DNA of 64,000 bases. Source: Squalus acanthias. Its lineage: Eukaryota. Below, piece after piece: positions 12,157 through 24,760 of this stretch. Positions within the stretch are counted from its first letter, which is position 1, and every line of letters starts with the position of its first letter. The stretch is taken from the NCBI GenBank assembly GCA_030390025.1, contig JASTWF010000034.1:1178001-1242000 (forward strand). Direction: 5' to 3'. A program made the translations under genes and the position numbers. The notes beneath the pieces were generated by a model, which did no database searches, had not been told where the DNA came from, and saw nothing but the letters and a program-made list of their open reading frames with translations.

Positions 12157-12980
12157 TTTTTTTTCGTTTCTGGAATGTGGGCGTCGCTGGCGAGGCCAGC
12201 ATTTATTGCCCATCCCTAACTGCCCTTGAGAAGGTGGTGTTGCGCTGCCTTCCTCAACCGCTGTAGTCAATGTGGTGAAGCTACTCCCACAGTCCTGTCA
12301 GGGAGGGAGTTCCAGGATTTTGACCCAGTGACGATGAAGGATCGGTGATATACTTCTAAGTCAGGATGGTGTGTGACTTCGAGGGGAACTTGGAGGTGGT
12401 GGTGTTCCCATGCACCTGCTGCCCTTGTCCTTCTAGGTGGAAGAGGTCGCGGGTTTGAGAGGTGTTGCAGAAGAAGCCTTGGTGAGTTGCTGCAGTGCAT
12501 CATGGAGATGGTACACACTGCAGCCACGGTACGCCGCTGGTGGAGCGAGTGAATGTTTAAGGCGGTGAATCATGTGCCAATCAAGGGGGATGCTTTGTCC
12601 TGGATGGTGTCGAGCTTCTTGAGTGTTGTTGGAGCTGCACTCATCCAGGCAAGTGGAGAGTATTCCATCACACTCCTGACTTGTGCCTTGTAGATGGTGG
12701 AAAGGCTTTGGGGAGTCAGGAGGTGAGACACTCGCTGCAGTATACCTAGCCTCTGACCTAATCTTGTTGCCACAGTATTTATGTGGCTGGTCCAATTAAG
12801 TTTCTGGCCAAAGGTGACTCCCAGGGTATTGATGGTGGAGGATTCGTCGATGGTAATTCTGTTGAATGTCAAGGGGAGGTGGTTAGACTCTCGCCTGTTG
12901 GACATAGTAATTGGCTGTCACTTCTGTGCTGCGAATGTTACCTGCCACTTACCAGCCCAATCCTGAACGTCCTCCAGGTT
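12157..12980 (-). mobile_element. L2/Crack-group LINE 3' fragment nested in CR1
   Basis: ORF 12570-12905 (LGVTF..KLNWTSHI, IYKAQVRSVMEYSPLAW, LDTIQ) is a LINE post-RT region distinct from the CR1 copies. The 3' end abuts a T-run at about 12157. Confidence 0.75.
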
Positions 12981-13773
12981 GGTGCGTTTCTGGCCCAAAG
13001 AGGAAGGAGGCATTGCTGGATCTGGTTCTCGGGAATGAGGTAGGTTAAGTGCAGCAAGTGTCTGTAAGGGAACATTTAGGGAATAGTGATCATAGTATCA
13101 TAATGTTTAGATTAGCTATGGAAAAGGACAAGGAGCAATCTGAGTAAAAATACTTAATTGGAGGAGGGCCAATTTCAGTGGGTTGAGAACGGAGCTGACT
13201 TGGGTAAAGGAATCAAAGATTAGCAGGCAAAACTGTCATTGAACAATGGGCTGCCTTTAAAGAAGAGATGATTTGGGTACAATTGAGGTACCTTTCCACG
13301 AGTGGGTTGGGTGGCGCAAAAAAAGCCAGAGCTCCCTGGATGACAAAAGAGATAGTGAGTAAGAGGAAGCAGGAAAAGTGGGCATATGACAGATATCAAG
13401 TTCAGAATACAAGTGAGAACCAGGCTGAATATAGAAAGTTCAGAGAGGAAGTGTAAAAGGGAATAAGAGAGGCAAAGAGAGTGTACTAGGATAGATTGGC
13501 AGCAAACAAAAAAATGGATCCAAAAGTCTTCTAAAGGTATATAAATAGTAAACGGGTATGAAGAGGTGGGGTGCGGCTGATTAAGGACCAAAAAGGAAAC
13601 CTACGAATGGAGGCAGAGGGCATGGCTGAGATACTAAATGAATAATTTGCATCTGTTTTTACCAAGGAAGAAACTGCTGCCAAAGTCATGGTGAAAGAGG
13701 AGGTAGTTGAGATACTGGATGGGCTAAAAGTTGATAAGACGAGGTACTAGAAAGGCTGGCTGTATTTAAAGTA

Positions 13774-14286
13774 AGATGTCGCACAACACCAGGTTATAGT
13801 CCAACAGATTTATTTAAAATTACAAGCTTTCGGAGCTGTCGCTCCTTCTTCAGGTAGGGTAGCTGTGAGAGAATCTCCCAGAATTCACAATATAAACACA
13901 GAAAAAATGTATTCAAATCTTTCCCTACATCAAAGACACACTAAGAGCACAGCCAAGACAATGAGATGTGTCCCAGGGTGTCTAACGTGTCAAAACACCT
14001 GCTGCAGCAAGCAGCTGTTTTAACACGTTGGACCCCCTGGGACACATCTCATTGTCTTGGCTGTGCTCTTAGTGTGTCTTTGATGTAGGGAAAGATTTGA
14101 ATACATTTTTTCTGTGTTTATATTGTGAATTCTGGGAGATTCTCTCACAGCTACCCTACCTGAAAAAGGAGCGACAGCTCCGAAAGCTTGTAATTTTAAA
14201 TAAATTTGTTGGACTATAACCTGGTGTTGTGCGACTTCTCATTTTTTGTCCACCCCAGTCCAACGCCGGCATCTCCACATCATGAC
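13774..14286. mobile_element. Non-coding palindromic Penelope-derived element (family 1) with 14-bp target-site duplication
   Basis: Arms 13774-14003 and 14010-14239 are reverse complements around a 6-nt loop, followed by a 47-nt tail. ctgtatttaaagta is repeated at 13760-13773 and 14287-14300. Confidence 0.88.
13821..13856 (-). ncRNA. Minimal hammerhead ribozyme motif
   Basis: uac CUGAAGA a GGAGC-gaca-GCUCC GAAA GCUU gua. The mirror copy at 14157-14192 (+) has CUGAAAA (G8 changed to A). Confidence 0.72.
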
Positions 14287-15847
14287 CTGTATTTAAAGTA
14301 GATAAGTCACCAGGAGCGGATGGGATGCATCCTAGGATGCTAAGGGAAGGTGGGAAATTGCGGAGGTACTGGCCATAATCTTCCAATCCTCCTTACATAC
14401 GGTGTGTTGGCAGAAGACTGGAGAGTTGCAAATATTACACCCTTGTTCAAAAACGGGTGTAAGGATAAACCCAGAAAATACAGAGCAGTCAGTTTAACCT
14501 TGGTGGTTGGGAAGCTTTTAGAAACGATATTCCGGGACAAAATTAACAGTCACTTGGACAAGTGTGGATTAATTAAGGAAATCCAGCACGGATTTGTCAA
14601 AGGCAATCGTGTTTAACTAACTTGACGTGTTTTCTGATCATTTAACAGAGAGGGTTGATGAGCGGAATGCGGTTGACATGGATTTCAAAAAGACGTTGAT
14701 AAAGTGCCATATAATAGGTTTGCCAGCAAAGTTGAAGCCCATGGAATAAAAGGGACAGTGCAGCATGGATAAGAAATTGGTTAAGTGACAGGAAACAGAG
14801 AGTAGTGGTGAACGATTGTTTTCTGGATTGGAGGAAGGTACACAGTGGTGTTCCCCAGGGGTCGGTGCTAGGACCACTGCTTTTTTTGATATTTGTTAAT
14901 GACTTGGACTTGGGGGTAAAGGGCACAATTTCAAAATCTGCACATGACACAAAACTTGGAAGTATAGTGAACAGTGAGGAGGATAGTGATAGACTTGAAG
15001 AGGACAGAGACAGGCTGGTGAAATGGGCGGACACGTGGCAGATGAAATTTAATGCAGAAAAGTGTGAAATGATACAATTTGGTATGAAGAATGAGGAGAG
15101 ATAATATAAACTAAAGGGTACAATTCTAAAAGTGGTGCATGAACAGAGAAACAAATCGTTGAAGGTTGCAGGGCAGGTTGAAAAAGTGGTTAAAAAAGCA
15201 TACGGGATCCTGGGCTTCATAAATAGAGGCATAGAGTATAGAAACAAGGAAGTTATGATGAACCTGTATAAAACATTGATTCAGCCTCAACTGGAGTATT
15301 GTGTCCAATTCTGGGCACCGCACTTTAGGAAGGATTTGAATGACTTAGAGCGGGAGCAGAAAGGATTTACAAGAATGATTCCAGGAATGAGGGACTTCAG
15401 TTATGTGGATAGACTGGAGAAGCTGGGGTTGTTATCCTTAGAGCAGAGAAGGTTGAGAGGAAATGTGACAGAGGTGTTCAAAATCATGAGGGGTCTGGAC
15501 AGAGTAGATAGAGAGAAACTGTTCCCATTGGTGGAAAGGTCGCTAATCAGAGGACACAGATTTAAGGTGATTGGCAGAATAACCAAAGGGCACATGAGAA
15601 AAAACTTTTTATGCAGCGAGTGGTTAGGATCTGGAATGCACTGCCTCAAAGGGTGGAGGAGGCAGATTCAGTTGTGGCTTTCAAAAGGGAATTGGATAAG
15701 TACCTGAAGGAAAAAAATTGCAGGGCTACAGGGAAAGTGTGTGGGTGAGTGGGACTTGCTGAAGTGCTCTTGCAGAGAGCTGGCACGGGCTCGACGGGCC
15801 GAATGGCCTCCTGCTGCGTTGTAACCATTCTATGATTTTATCTTTTA

Positions 15848-16316
15848 AGACAGAAAGACTTGCATTTGTATAGCGCCCTTCACGACCACCGGACATTTCA
15901 AAACGCTTTACAGCCAATTAAGTACTTTTGGAAGTTTAGTCACTGTTGTATTGTGGGAAACACGGCAGCCAATTAGTGCACAGCAAGCTCCCACAAAAGG
16001 CAATTTGATAATGACCAGATAATCTGTTTCTGTTATGTTGATCTTTGGATAAACATTGGTCAGTACACCGGGGATAACTCCCCTGCTCCTCTTCAAAATA
16101 GGGCCATGGGATCTTTTACGTCCACCTGAGAGCGCAGACAGGGCCTCGGTTTAACGTCTCATCCGAAAGACTGCACCTCCGACAGTGCAGCACTCCCTCA
16201 GTACTGCACTGGAGTGTTGGACTAGATTAATGGGCTCCAAGTCCCTGGAGTGGGACTTGAACCCAAAGCATCTGAGTCAGAAGCGAGTGTGCTACCCACT
16301 GAGACTCAGCTAACAC
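15848..16316 (-). mobile_element. Full-length tRNA-headed Deu-domain SINE (SacSINE1-like)
   Basis: Reverse strand has an A-box-like ctcagtggg, B box ggttcaagtcc (16253-16263), Deu-like core and L2-type tail ggcgctatacaaatgcaagtctttct. Confidence 0.8.
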
Positions 16317-16409
16317 ATTATTCCTTCTTATTTCTCTCACTTCCTCTTCTTTTGCTCTCAGCTTTAGATCAATACAGGAAGAGAAACTCCCTTCTCTCTG
16401 TTCAGTGCT

Positions 16410-16572
16410 CGGTATTTTTGGATTCTGCAAGAATCAAGGGATATGCGGATGGGGCGGGTGTGCGGGGGAATGTGGATTTGAGGTCGAAGATCAGCCATGA
16501 TCTCATTCAATGAAGGGCTCGAAGGGCCGTATGGCCTACTCCTTCTCCTAATCCTTATATTCTTATGTTTAT
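16410..16572 (+). mobile_element. CR1 3' UTR fragment
   Basis: gatcagccatgatctcatt...gggccgtatggcctactcc...cttatattcttatgt, similar to 1042-1127. Confidence 0.8.
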
Positions 16573-16699
16573 GGGCAGATGAAATAGTGCGTATTCGCTC
16601 ACTTTTAATTTAAAACTGTGTACAATAAGGTGAGCTAGATTGTGTTGCAGTAAAGTGCTGTGGTGACAGTGGTTCAATGAGTCTGTTTGTTCAATGACT

Positions 16700-16770
16700 G
16701 TAATTAATGCCAGTTACAGTGAGGCCTAATGATGTCACTCGGGGATTTCCCTCTGCTCTAAATAAGGAGC
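16700..16770 (+). promoter_or_regulatory. Candidate core promoter of the GPCR gene
   Basis: taattaat (16701), CRE-like tgatgtca (16730) and TATA-like taaataa (16759) lie 75-140 nt upstream of the ATG. Motif matches only. Confidence 0.3.
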
Positions 16771-16840
16771 TCCCTTCACTGTGTCACCTCACACAGTCAG
16801 CGCGCTTCCCCCAGCACAAAGACCACCAGACACCCACAGA

Positions 16841-16931
16841 ATGGATTGGGGAGAAGTGCTCAGGATATTAGGAATGTGTTATGATATACAAAATATCTAC
16901 TATCCCCTCCTCACTGCTGTTGGTGTTTCTA
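16841..16931 (+). pseudogene. GPR139-like class A GPCR, coding exon 1 (N-terminus and start of TM1)
   Basis: MDWGEVLRILGMCYDIQNIYYPLLTAVGVS followed by phase-1 donor a|gtaag. Joins 28045 in frame to give ...AVGVSMNLVTIVILSRG, the YY.LL..G.P.N.L...ILS TM1 pattern of GPR139/142. Confidence 0.85.
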
Positions 16932-16965
16932 GTAAGGATCTATGTCCAGTTATTAATTCTAAGTA

Positions 16966-17201
16966 ATGGAGAGGCCCAGAGAAAGAGCTTGGCGCTTCAG
17001 TGACGAGGCATTGGTGGTTCTGTTTGGCGCTGTGGAACGGCGATGGGCAGTGTTGTTCCCTGAGAGTGGCAGGAGGCCATTGCCCCGGGAGTTTGGAAGG
17101 GTATGGAGGGAGGTGGCTCAGCACATCTCCCCGAGGGGCCTGGTGCCAAGGACCCACACCCAATGTCGGAAGAAGTTAATTGACCTCACTCGGGTTTTAG
17201 A
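16966..17201 (+). pseudogene. Harbinger Myb/SANT-like DNA-binding protein, exon 1
   Basis: MERPRERAWRFSDEALVVL...VLFP...WREVAQHIS...RTHTQCRKKLIDL (NAIF1/MSANTD-like trihelix pattern), donor gtgagt at 17202. Confidence 0.85.
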
Positions 17202-17438
17202 GTGAGTACCTCTTTTCAATACCTCTACATCCCTCTATCTCAACTTCACTCTGTGCCCAGAGGGTTTACAAACCCAAATGCCCAACACTCATCCAAACCA
17301 ATGGCTATCGCATAAAACACACATGCACATCCCACACCTTGCACAAATTAATGGCTATTCAACTAGGGGAGACACATCTGCCAAACACATGGCTGCACAC
17401 AATAACGGCTGTTCAACTATGCTAGGCACATCCTGGTT

Positions 17439-20400
17439 ACTCCAGGATGGTATGTTGCCTCCCTGGTGCCAGGGTCAAGTATGTCACTGAACGACTGCAG
17501 GGCATTCTGAAGGGGGAGGGCGAACAGTCAGAGGTCGTGGTTCACATTGGCACCAATGACATAGGTAGAAAGAGGGATGAGGTCCTGCATCAAGAATTTA
17601 GGGAGTTAGGTAGCAGATTAAAAAGCAGGACCTCAAAGGTTGTCATCTCTGGATTACTCCCGGTGCCACGTGCCAGTGAGTATAGGAATAAGAGGATAGA
17701 GCAGATGAATGCGTGGCTAAAGAGTTGGTGCAGGAGGGAGGGCTTTAGTTTGATGGATCACTGGGTCTGCTTCTGGGGAAGGTGGGACCTGTACGGGAAA
17801 GGGACCAACATCCTTGCGGGGAGGTTTGCTAGTGCTGTTGGCGGGGTTTAAACTAACATGGCAGGGGGATGGGATACGGAATGGAGCTATATTAGGGGGT
17901 GATGCACAGCCAAATATAGAGAAAAGAACAAATCAGTCTGGAAGTCAGAGCAAATATGTAACTGCACAAGGGAGTATGGCAAGCCTGCTGGGCATTTATT
18001 TTAATGCAAGGTGTCTTACGAGTAAGGCAGATGAATTGAAGGTGTTGATGAACACATGTGAGTATGATATTGTTGCTATCACAGATACATGGTTGAGGGA
18101 GGGGCAGGACTGGCAGCTCAATATTCCGGGGTATAGAATCTTCAGGGGAGACAGAGGGGTTGTAAAAGAGATGGGGGTGTCGCAATATTAATCAAGGAGC
18201 CAATTACTGCAGTAAGGAGGGATGATATTTTAGCAGGTTCCTCTAAGGAGGCCACATGGGTAGAACCTAAAATCAAAAAGGGAGCAAGCACTCTGCTGGG
18301 AGTGTACTCTATACCCAAAACAGTCAGGGGGAGATAGAGGAACAGATATGTAGGCAAATCTCAGATGTGTAGAAATAATAGGGTAATAATAGGAGGGGAT
18401 TTCAACTTCACCAAGATTAACTGGGAGAGTCAGAGTGTGAAAGGTTTAGAGGGTGTGGAATTCTTAAAGTGCATCCAGGAGAGCTTTTTGAGCCAGCATG
18501 TAGAAAGTCCTACAAGAGAGGGGGCGGTACTGGTCCAATTCTAGGGAATGAAGCCGGGAAAGTGGTAGAAGCGTCAGTAGGAGAGCATTTTGGTGACCGT
18601 GACCATAATTCGGTGAGATTTAAGGTAGTCATGGAAAAGGACAAAGATTGAACGGAAATAAAGGTTCTAAATTGGGGGAAGGCCGATTTTAATATGATAA
18701 GGCAGGATCTGGCCAAAATGGACTGGGATCAGCTACTTGTAGGAAAATCCACATCAGAGCAGTGGGAGTCATTCAGAAAGGAAATAGAGAGTGTACAGCG
18801 CCAACATGTTCCCGTAAAGGTCAAGGGTGCGACCAACAAGTCCTGGGAACCCTGGATATCAAGGGATATGCAAGAATGGATTCGGAAAAAAGGGAGGCTT
18901 TTGGCAGATACAAAGGAATAAAAACAGTGGAAGCCCCAGAGAAGTATAGAAAGTGCAGGGGGGTACTTAAAAATAATTTGGACAGCGAGGAGGGGACATG
19001 AATAAACACTGGCGGGCAAAATAAAGGAAAACCCAAGGTGTTTTATAAGTATATTAAGAGCAAGAGGATAACCAGGGAAAGAGTAGCTCCCATTAGGGAC
19101 CAAAGTGGCAATCTGTGTGTAGAGCCGGAAGATGAAGGTGAGGTTTTAAATGACTATTTTGCATCTGTGTTCACTATGGAGAAGGACGATGTAGGCATTG
19201 AAATCAGGCAGGGGGATTGTGATATATTTGAACAACTTAGCATTGAGAGGGTGGAGATACTAGCGGTTTTTAGTGGGCTTAAAAGTGGATAAATCCCCAG
19301 GCCCAGAGGAGATGTATCCCAGGCTGCTGTGTGAGGCAAGGGAGGAGACTGCAGGGACTCTGACACAAATTGTCAGAACCTCTCTGGCCACAGGGGAGGT
19401 GCCAGAGGACTGGAGGACAGCTAACGTAGTAAAATTATTCAAGAAGGGTAGTAGGGATAAATGAGGGAATTACAGGCCTGTGAACATATTATCAGTGGTA
19501 GGGAAATTATTGGAAAAATTCTGAGGGACAGAATTAGTCTCCACTTGCAGAGGCAAGGATTAACCCAGGATAGTCAGCATGGCTTTGTCAGGGGAGATCA
19601 TGTCTAACCAATTTGATTGCATTTTGAGAGGGGGTGACCAGATGTTTGGATGAGGGTAGTGCAGTTGATGTATTCTACATGGACTTCAGTAAGGCTTTTG
19701 ATAAAGTTCCGCATGGGACACTGGTCAAGAAGGTAAGTGCCCATGGGATCCAGGGCAATTTGGCACATTGGATGCAAAATTGGCTTAGTGGCAGCAGGCA
19801 GAGGGTGATGGTCGAAGGTTGTTTTTTGACTGGAAGCCTGTGTCCAGTGGTGTACCGCAGTGATCGGTGCTGGGTCATTTGCTGTTTGTAGTGTACATTA
19901 ATGATTTAGATATGAATGTAGGAGGTATGATCAGTGAGTTCGCAGATGACACGAAAATCTGTGGGGTGGTAAATAGCGAGGAGGGAAGCCTCAGGCTACA
20001 GGACGATATAGACGGGTTGGTCAGATGAGCAGAACAGTGGCAAATGGAATTTAACCCTGAAAAGAGTGAGGTGATGCATTTTGGGAGGACAAAAAAGGCA
20101 ACGGAATACACAATGAATGGTAGGACCCTAGGATTGACAGAGAATCAGAGGGCTCTTGGCGTGCATGTACATAGATCCCTGAAGGCAGCAGGACAGGTAG
20201 AGAAGGTGGTTAAGAAGGCATATTGGATACTTGCCTTCATTAGCCGAGGCATAGTATATAAGAGGAGGGAGGTTATGATGGAGCTGTACAAAATGCTAGT
20301 TAGGCCACAGCTGGAATACTGTGTGCAGTTCTGGTCACCACACTATAGGAGGGATGTGATTGCATTAGAGAGGGTGCAGAGGAGATTCACCAGGATGTTA

Positions 20401-20858
20401 CCTGGGCTGGAGCGTTTCAGCTTTGACGAGAGACTGGGCAGGCTGGGGTTGTTTTCCTTATATCAGAGAAGGCTGAGGGGGGACCTGATTGAGGTGTACA
20501 CAATTATGAGAGGCATAGATAGGGTAGATAGAAAGGACATTTTCCCATTAGTAGTGGGGTCATTAACCAGGGGACATAGTTTCAAGGTAAGGGGCAGGAG
20601 GTGTAGAGGGGATTAGAGGAATAACTTTTTCACCCAGAGGGTGGTTGAAATCTGGAACTCACTGCCTGAAAGCCTGGTAGAGGCAGGGACCCTCACAACA
20701 TTCAAGAAGCATTTAGATGATCACTTGAAACGCCATAGCATACAAGGCTACGGACCAAGTGCTGGAAAATGGGATTAGAATAGATAGGGCTTGATGGCCG
20801 GCGCGGACACGATAGGCCGAAGGCTCTCTTTCTGTGCTGTATAACTCTATGACTCTAT
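17439..20858 (+). mobile_element. CR1 family A, 5'-truncated in ORF1, inside the Myb gene intron
   Basis: Esterase ORF 17447-17851, EN 17814-18651, RT 19273-20616, tail ctgtgctgtataactctatgactctat. Confidence 0.93.
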
Positions 20859-20897
20859 CTGCCAAACACATGGCTGCCACAATGACGGCTATTCAAC

Positions 20898-21238
20898 AAT
20901 TCCTACTGCCACTTCCCTCAAGACCCTAGGATGTAAGCCATCAGGTCCAGGGGATTTATTCGCCTTGAGTCCCATTATTTTACTGAGTACCAATTCCTTA
21001 GTGATTTTAATCGTATTTAGCTCCTTCCCCACTAGAGCCCCCTGTTTGTCCAGTGTTGGGATATTCTTAGTGTCCTCTACCGTAAAGACTGAAACAAAAT
21101 ATTTGTTCAGCATTTTTGCCATCTCCATGTTTCCCACCATTAATTTCCCGGTCTCATCCTCTAAGGGACCTACGTTTGCCTTAACCACCCTTTTTCTTTT
21201 TATATAACTATAGAAACTCTTGCTATCTGTTTTTATAT
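20898..21238 (-). mobile_element. Internal CR1 ORF2 fragment lacking both ends
   Basis: ORF 20889-21188 (LNKYFVSVFT, KSPGPDGLHPRVL). Confidence 0.85.
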
Positions 21239-21310
21239 TTCAACTATGGTAGGCACTTCTGCCAAACACATCGCTGCACACTCACTCACAAGCTGTCCTT
21301 TTTCTTGCAG

Positions 21311-22650
21311 GCCAAGTTTTCTCATAACAGACGCTAGCAGCAAAGCATAGGACCAGGACCGGCGGACCTACTCCTCCTGAATAAGTTGGAGGACAGAGTG
21401 CACAGGATCGTTGCCAGCCAGGTCATAGGTGCCATGGCCGCTGGAGAGTTCGACCCCCTTGGGACAGCAATGGTATGTTCATCAGCTTTCTCTCCTCTCT
21501 CACACCTCTTCACCCTCACAACACCAGCCGTTTACACTTTCAATCCAACTAACTGTCTCCAGTCCCTGCTCCCTTCCTGCCCCCCTGCCCTTATGCTAAA
21601 GCCACTCTAATACCTTCCTGCTTTCAGATAGTGAGCCACCTGCTGACCAGCCTGTCCCTCAGCCTGCCAGTGGCAGCGATGTGCTAGACGAGGAGGAAGA
21701 GGAAGCCGGAGCCTCACCACCTGCATCTCACAAGGGTGAAACATCAGACACTGGGTCCACGCCTTCCCTGGAGTGGAGCAGGGTGTTAGGGTCTGTGAGG
21801 GCGAATCTCCTAGATCCAGCCGGCTGCAGCAATGCCATGTGGATACGGGTAGCAGGCGCGCGAGTTCTGCTGCACAGGACTTGGATGAGGACCTCGATAT
21901 CGCGGCCATGAATACCCGGGCCTTGAGCATGAACACTGAGCTGATGGGTACAATGGCAAGGCTGCTTGACAGCATGGATACACTGGCTAGGAGCATGGAA
22001 GTCTCTGCCGCTAGCACATCTATCATCTGTGTGCAAGCCCTTGAACCCATCCTTGCCTCATTGCAGAGGATGGTTGAATTGCAGGGAGACCGTGGTGAAC
22101 CAGAGCCGTGTGTAATGGGTGAGGTGGCACGATCCATTGCAGCACAGGCCAACGCAACGCAATGGCTTAGTGATACAATTGAGTCATTGGATGGTGCCAT
22201 CCAGACTCAGACTGCTGTCATGCAGTCTCAGATTGATGTCACGCAAGCATGAGTACTGCCATCCTCGCAGGGTCACCCACAGTCCCCTGGGAATCGCACA
22301 GTACTGCAGCAGGCCAGCAATCTGTGCTCGAGCAGATTGATCCAGATGCTAATCTTCGGCCCGGGGGAATGACAATGTGTCGGTCGAGCAGGAAGGTGCT
22401 GTCCTCTCTCAGGATGACAGCATTCCTGCTCCCACCACTGCCACTTCCCCATTGAACTTGGCACGGCCTGCAACACAGCCAGCCCAGACTGCAGCCGCCC
22501 ATGCAGAGTTGGTGCAGTCTGCAGCCGGGCCCTCCAGGCCCAGAGCTGGTCGAGGGCGTCCTTCAAGGCAATCTCCAATCTCTGGATCCAGCATTCAGCA
22601 GCCTTCCATCAGATTTGCTGCAGCCAGTGGTGCCACATTAGGAGGAGCAG
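21311..22650 (+). pseudogene. Harbinger Myb-like gene exons 2 (21311-21472) and 3 (from 21628)
   Basis: Acceptors ttcttgcag (21310) and ctttcag (21627). Exon 2 reads AKFSHNRR*QQSIGPGPADLLLLNKLEDRV. Exon 3 has acidic and coiled-coil stretches and AAGPSRPRAGRGRP, with stops and frameshifts. Confidence 0.7.
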
Positions 22651-24760
22651 TATGGTGGGAAGAGGGGAAGTGCGCAGGGGATGGAGGTCACCCTTGCTGC
22701 AGCCAGTGGGCCACATTAGGAGGAGCAGTAGGGTGGGAAGGGGGGAAGTGCGCAGGGGATGGAGGACACCCTCGCTGCAGCCAATGGGGCCACATTACAG
22801 AGGAGCAGTAGGGTGGGAAGGGGGTAAGGGCGCAGGGGGTGGAGGTCACCTTTGCTGCAGCCACTGGGGCCACATTAGGAGGAGCAGTAGGGTGGGAAGG
22901 GGGGAAGTGCGCAGGGGATGGAGGTCACCCACGCTGCAGCCACTGGGGCCACATTAGGAGGAGCAGTAGGGGGGGAAGTGCGCAGGGGATGGAGGTCACC
23001 CTCGCTGCAGCCATTGGACCCACATTAGGAGGAGCAGTAGTGTGGGAAGGGGGGAAGTGCGCAGGGGGTGGAGGTCACCCTTGCTGCAGCCAATGGGGCC
23101 ACATTAGGAGGAGCAGTAGGGTGGGAACGGGGGAAGTGCTCAGGGGATTGAGGTCACCCTTGCAGCAGCCAGTGGGCCACATTAGGAGGATCAGCAGGGT
23201 GGGAAGGGGGCAAGTGCGCAGGGGATGTATGTCACCCTTGCGGCAGTCACTGGGGCCATATTACAGAGGAGCAGTAGGGTGGGAAGGGGGTAAGTGCGCA
23301 GGGGATGGAGGTCAGCCTTGCTGCAGCCAGTGGGGCCACATTAGGAGGAGCAGTAGGGTGGGAAGGGGGGGAAGTGCACAGGGGATCGAGGTCACCCTTG
23401 CTGCAGCCAGTGGGGCCACATTAGGCGGAGCAGTAGGGTGGGAAGGGGGGAAGTGCGCAGGGGATGGAGGTCACACTTGCTGCAGCCACTGGGGCCACTT
23501 ATGGAGGTCACCCTTGCTGCAGCCACTGGGGCCACATTAGAGGAGCAGTCGGGTGGGAAGTGGGGAAGTGCGCAGGGGGTGGAGGTCACCCTTGCTGCAG
23601 CCACTGGGGCCACATTAGGAGGAGCAGTGGTGTGGGAAGGGGGTAAGTGAGCAGGGGATGGAGGTCACCCTCGCTGCAGCCACTGGGGCCACATTAGAGG
23701 AGCAGTAGGGTGGGAAGGGGGAAGTGAGCAGGGATGGAGGTCACCCTCGCTGCAGCCAGTGTGCCACATAGGACGAGCAGTAGGGTGGAAGGGGGGAAGT
23801 GCGCAGGGGGTGGAGGTCACCATTGCTGCAGCCACTGGGGCCACATTAGGAGGAGCAGTAGGGTGGAAGGGGGGAAGTGCGCAGGGGATGGAGGTCAGCC
23901 TTGCTGCAGCCACTGGGGCCACATTAGGAGGAGCAGTAGGGTGGAAGGGGGAAAGTGCGCAGGGGAGTGGAGGTCACCCTCGCTGCAGCCAGTGGGCCAC
24001 ATTAGGAGGAGCAGTAGGGTGGTATGGGGGAAGTGCGCAGGGGGTGGAGGTCACCCTTGCTGCAGCCACTGGGGCCACATTAGGAGGAGCAGTAGGGTTG
24101 GAAGGGGGAAGTGCGCAGGGGATGGAGGTCACCCTTGCTGCAGCCACTGGGGCCACATTAGGAGGAGCAGTAGGGTGGGAAGTGTGGAAGTGCGCAGGGG
24201 GTGGAGGTCACCCTTGCTGCAGCCACTGGGGCCACATTAGGAGGAGCAGTAGGGTGGGAAGGGGGGAAGTGCGCAGGGGATGGAGGTCACCCTCGCTGCA
24301 GCCAGTGGGACCACATTAGGAGGAGCAGTAGGGTGGGAAGTGGGGAAGTGCGCAGGGGATGGAGGTCACCCTTGCTGCAGCCACTGGGGCCACATTACAG
24401 AGGAGCAGTAGGGTGGGAAGTGCGCAGGGGATGGAGGTCACCCTTGCTGCAGCCACTGGGGCCACATTAGGAGGAGCAGTAGGGTGGGAAGGGGGGAAGT
24501 GCGCAGGGGGTGGAGGTCACCCTTGCTGCAGCCACTGGGGCCACATTACAGAGGAGCAGTAGGGTGGGAAGTGGGGAAGTGCGCAGGGGATGGAGCTCAC
24601 CCTTGCTGCAGCCACTGGGGCCACATTAGGAGGAGCAGTAGGGTGGGAAGGGGGGAAGTGCGCAGGGGGTGGAGGTCACCCTTGCTGCAGCCACTGGGGC
24701 CACATTAGGAGGAGCAGTAGGGTGGGAAGGGGGAAGTGCGCAGGGGATGTTGGTCATCCT
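22615..24760. repeat. About 79-bp G-rich minisatellite, about 27 copies
   Basis: Unit gggtgggaaggggggaagtgcgcaggggatggaggtcacccttgctgcagccactggggccacattaggaggagcagta. Confidence 0.95.

Larger units (their letters stand above)
9600..15838 (+). mobile_element. Full-length but decayed CR1 LINE (family C) with three nested insertions
   Basis: ORF1 starts at 9835 (MAGHLSPVEC..C), esterase 10181-10723 (IGDSIV, DGLHLN), EN about 11650-13100, RT 14300-15700, tail ggccgaatggcctcc...attctatgatt. Confidence 0.9.

Noticed and set aside
16964..16968. TAATG stop-start overlap between the unspliced GPCR exon 1 frame and the Myb ATG
   Set aside because: Resembles termination-reinitiation signals, but a 5-nt overlap at a likely deletion junction is easily chance and the Myb gene is decayed.
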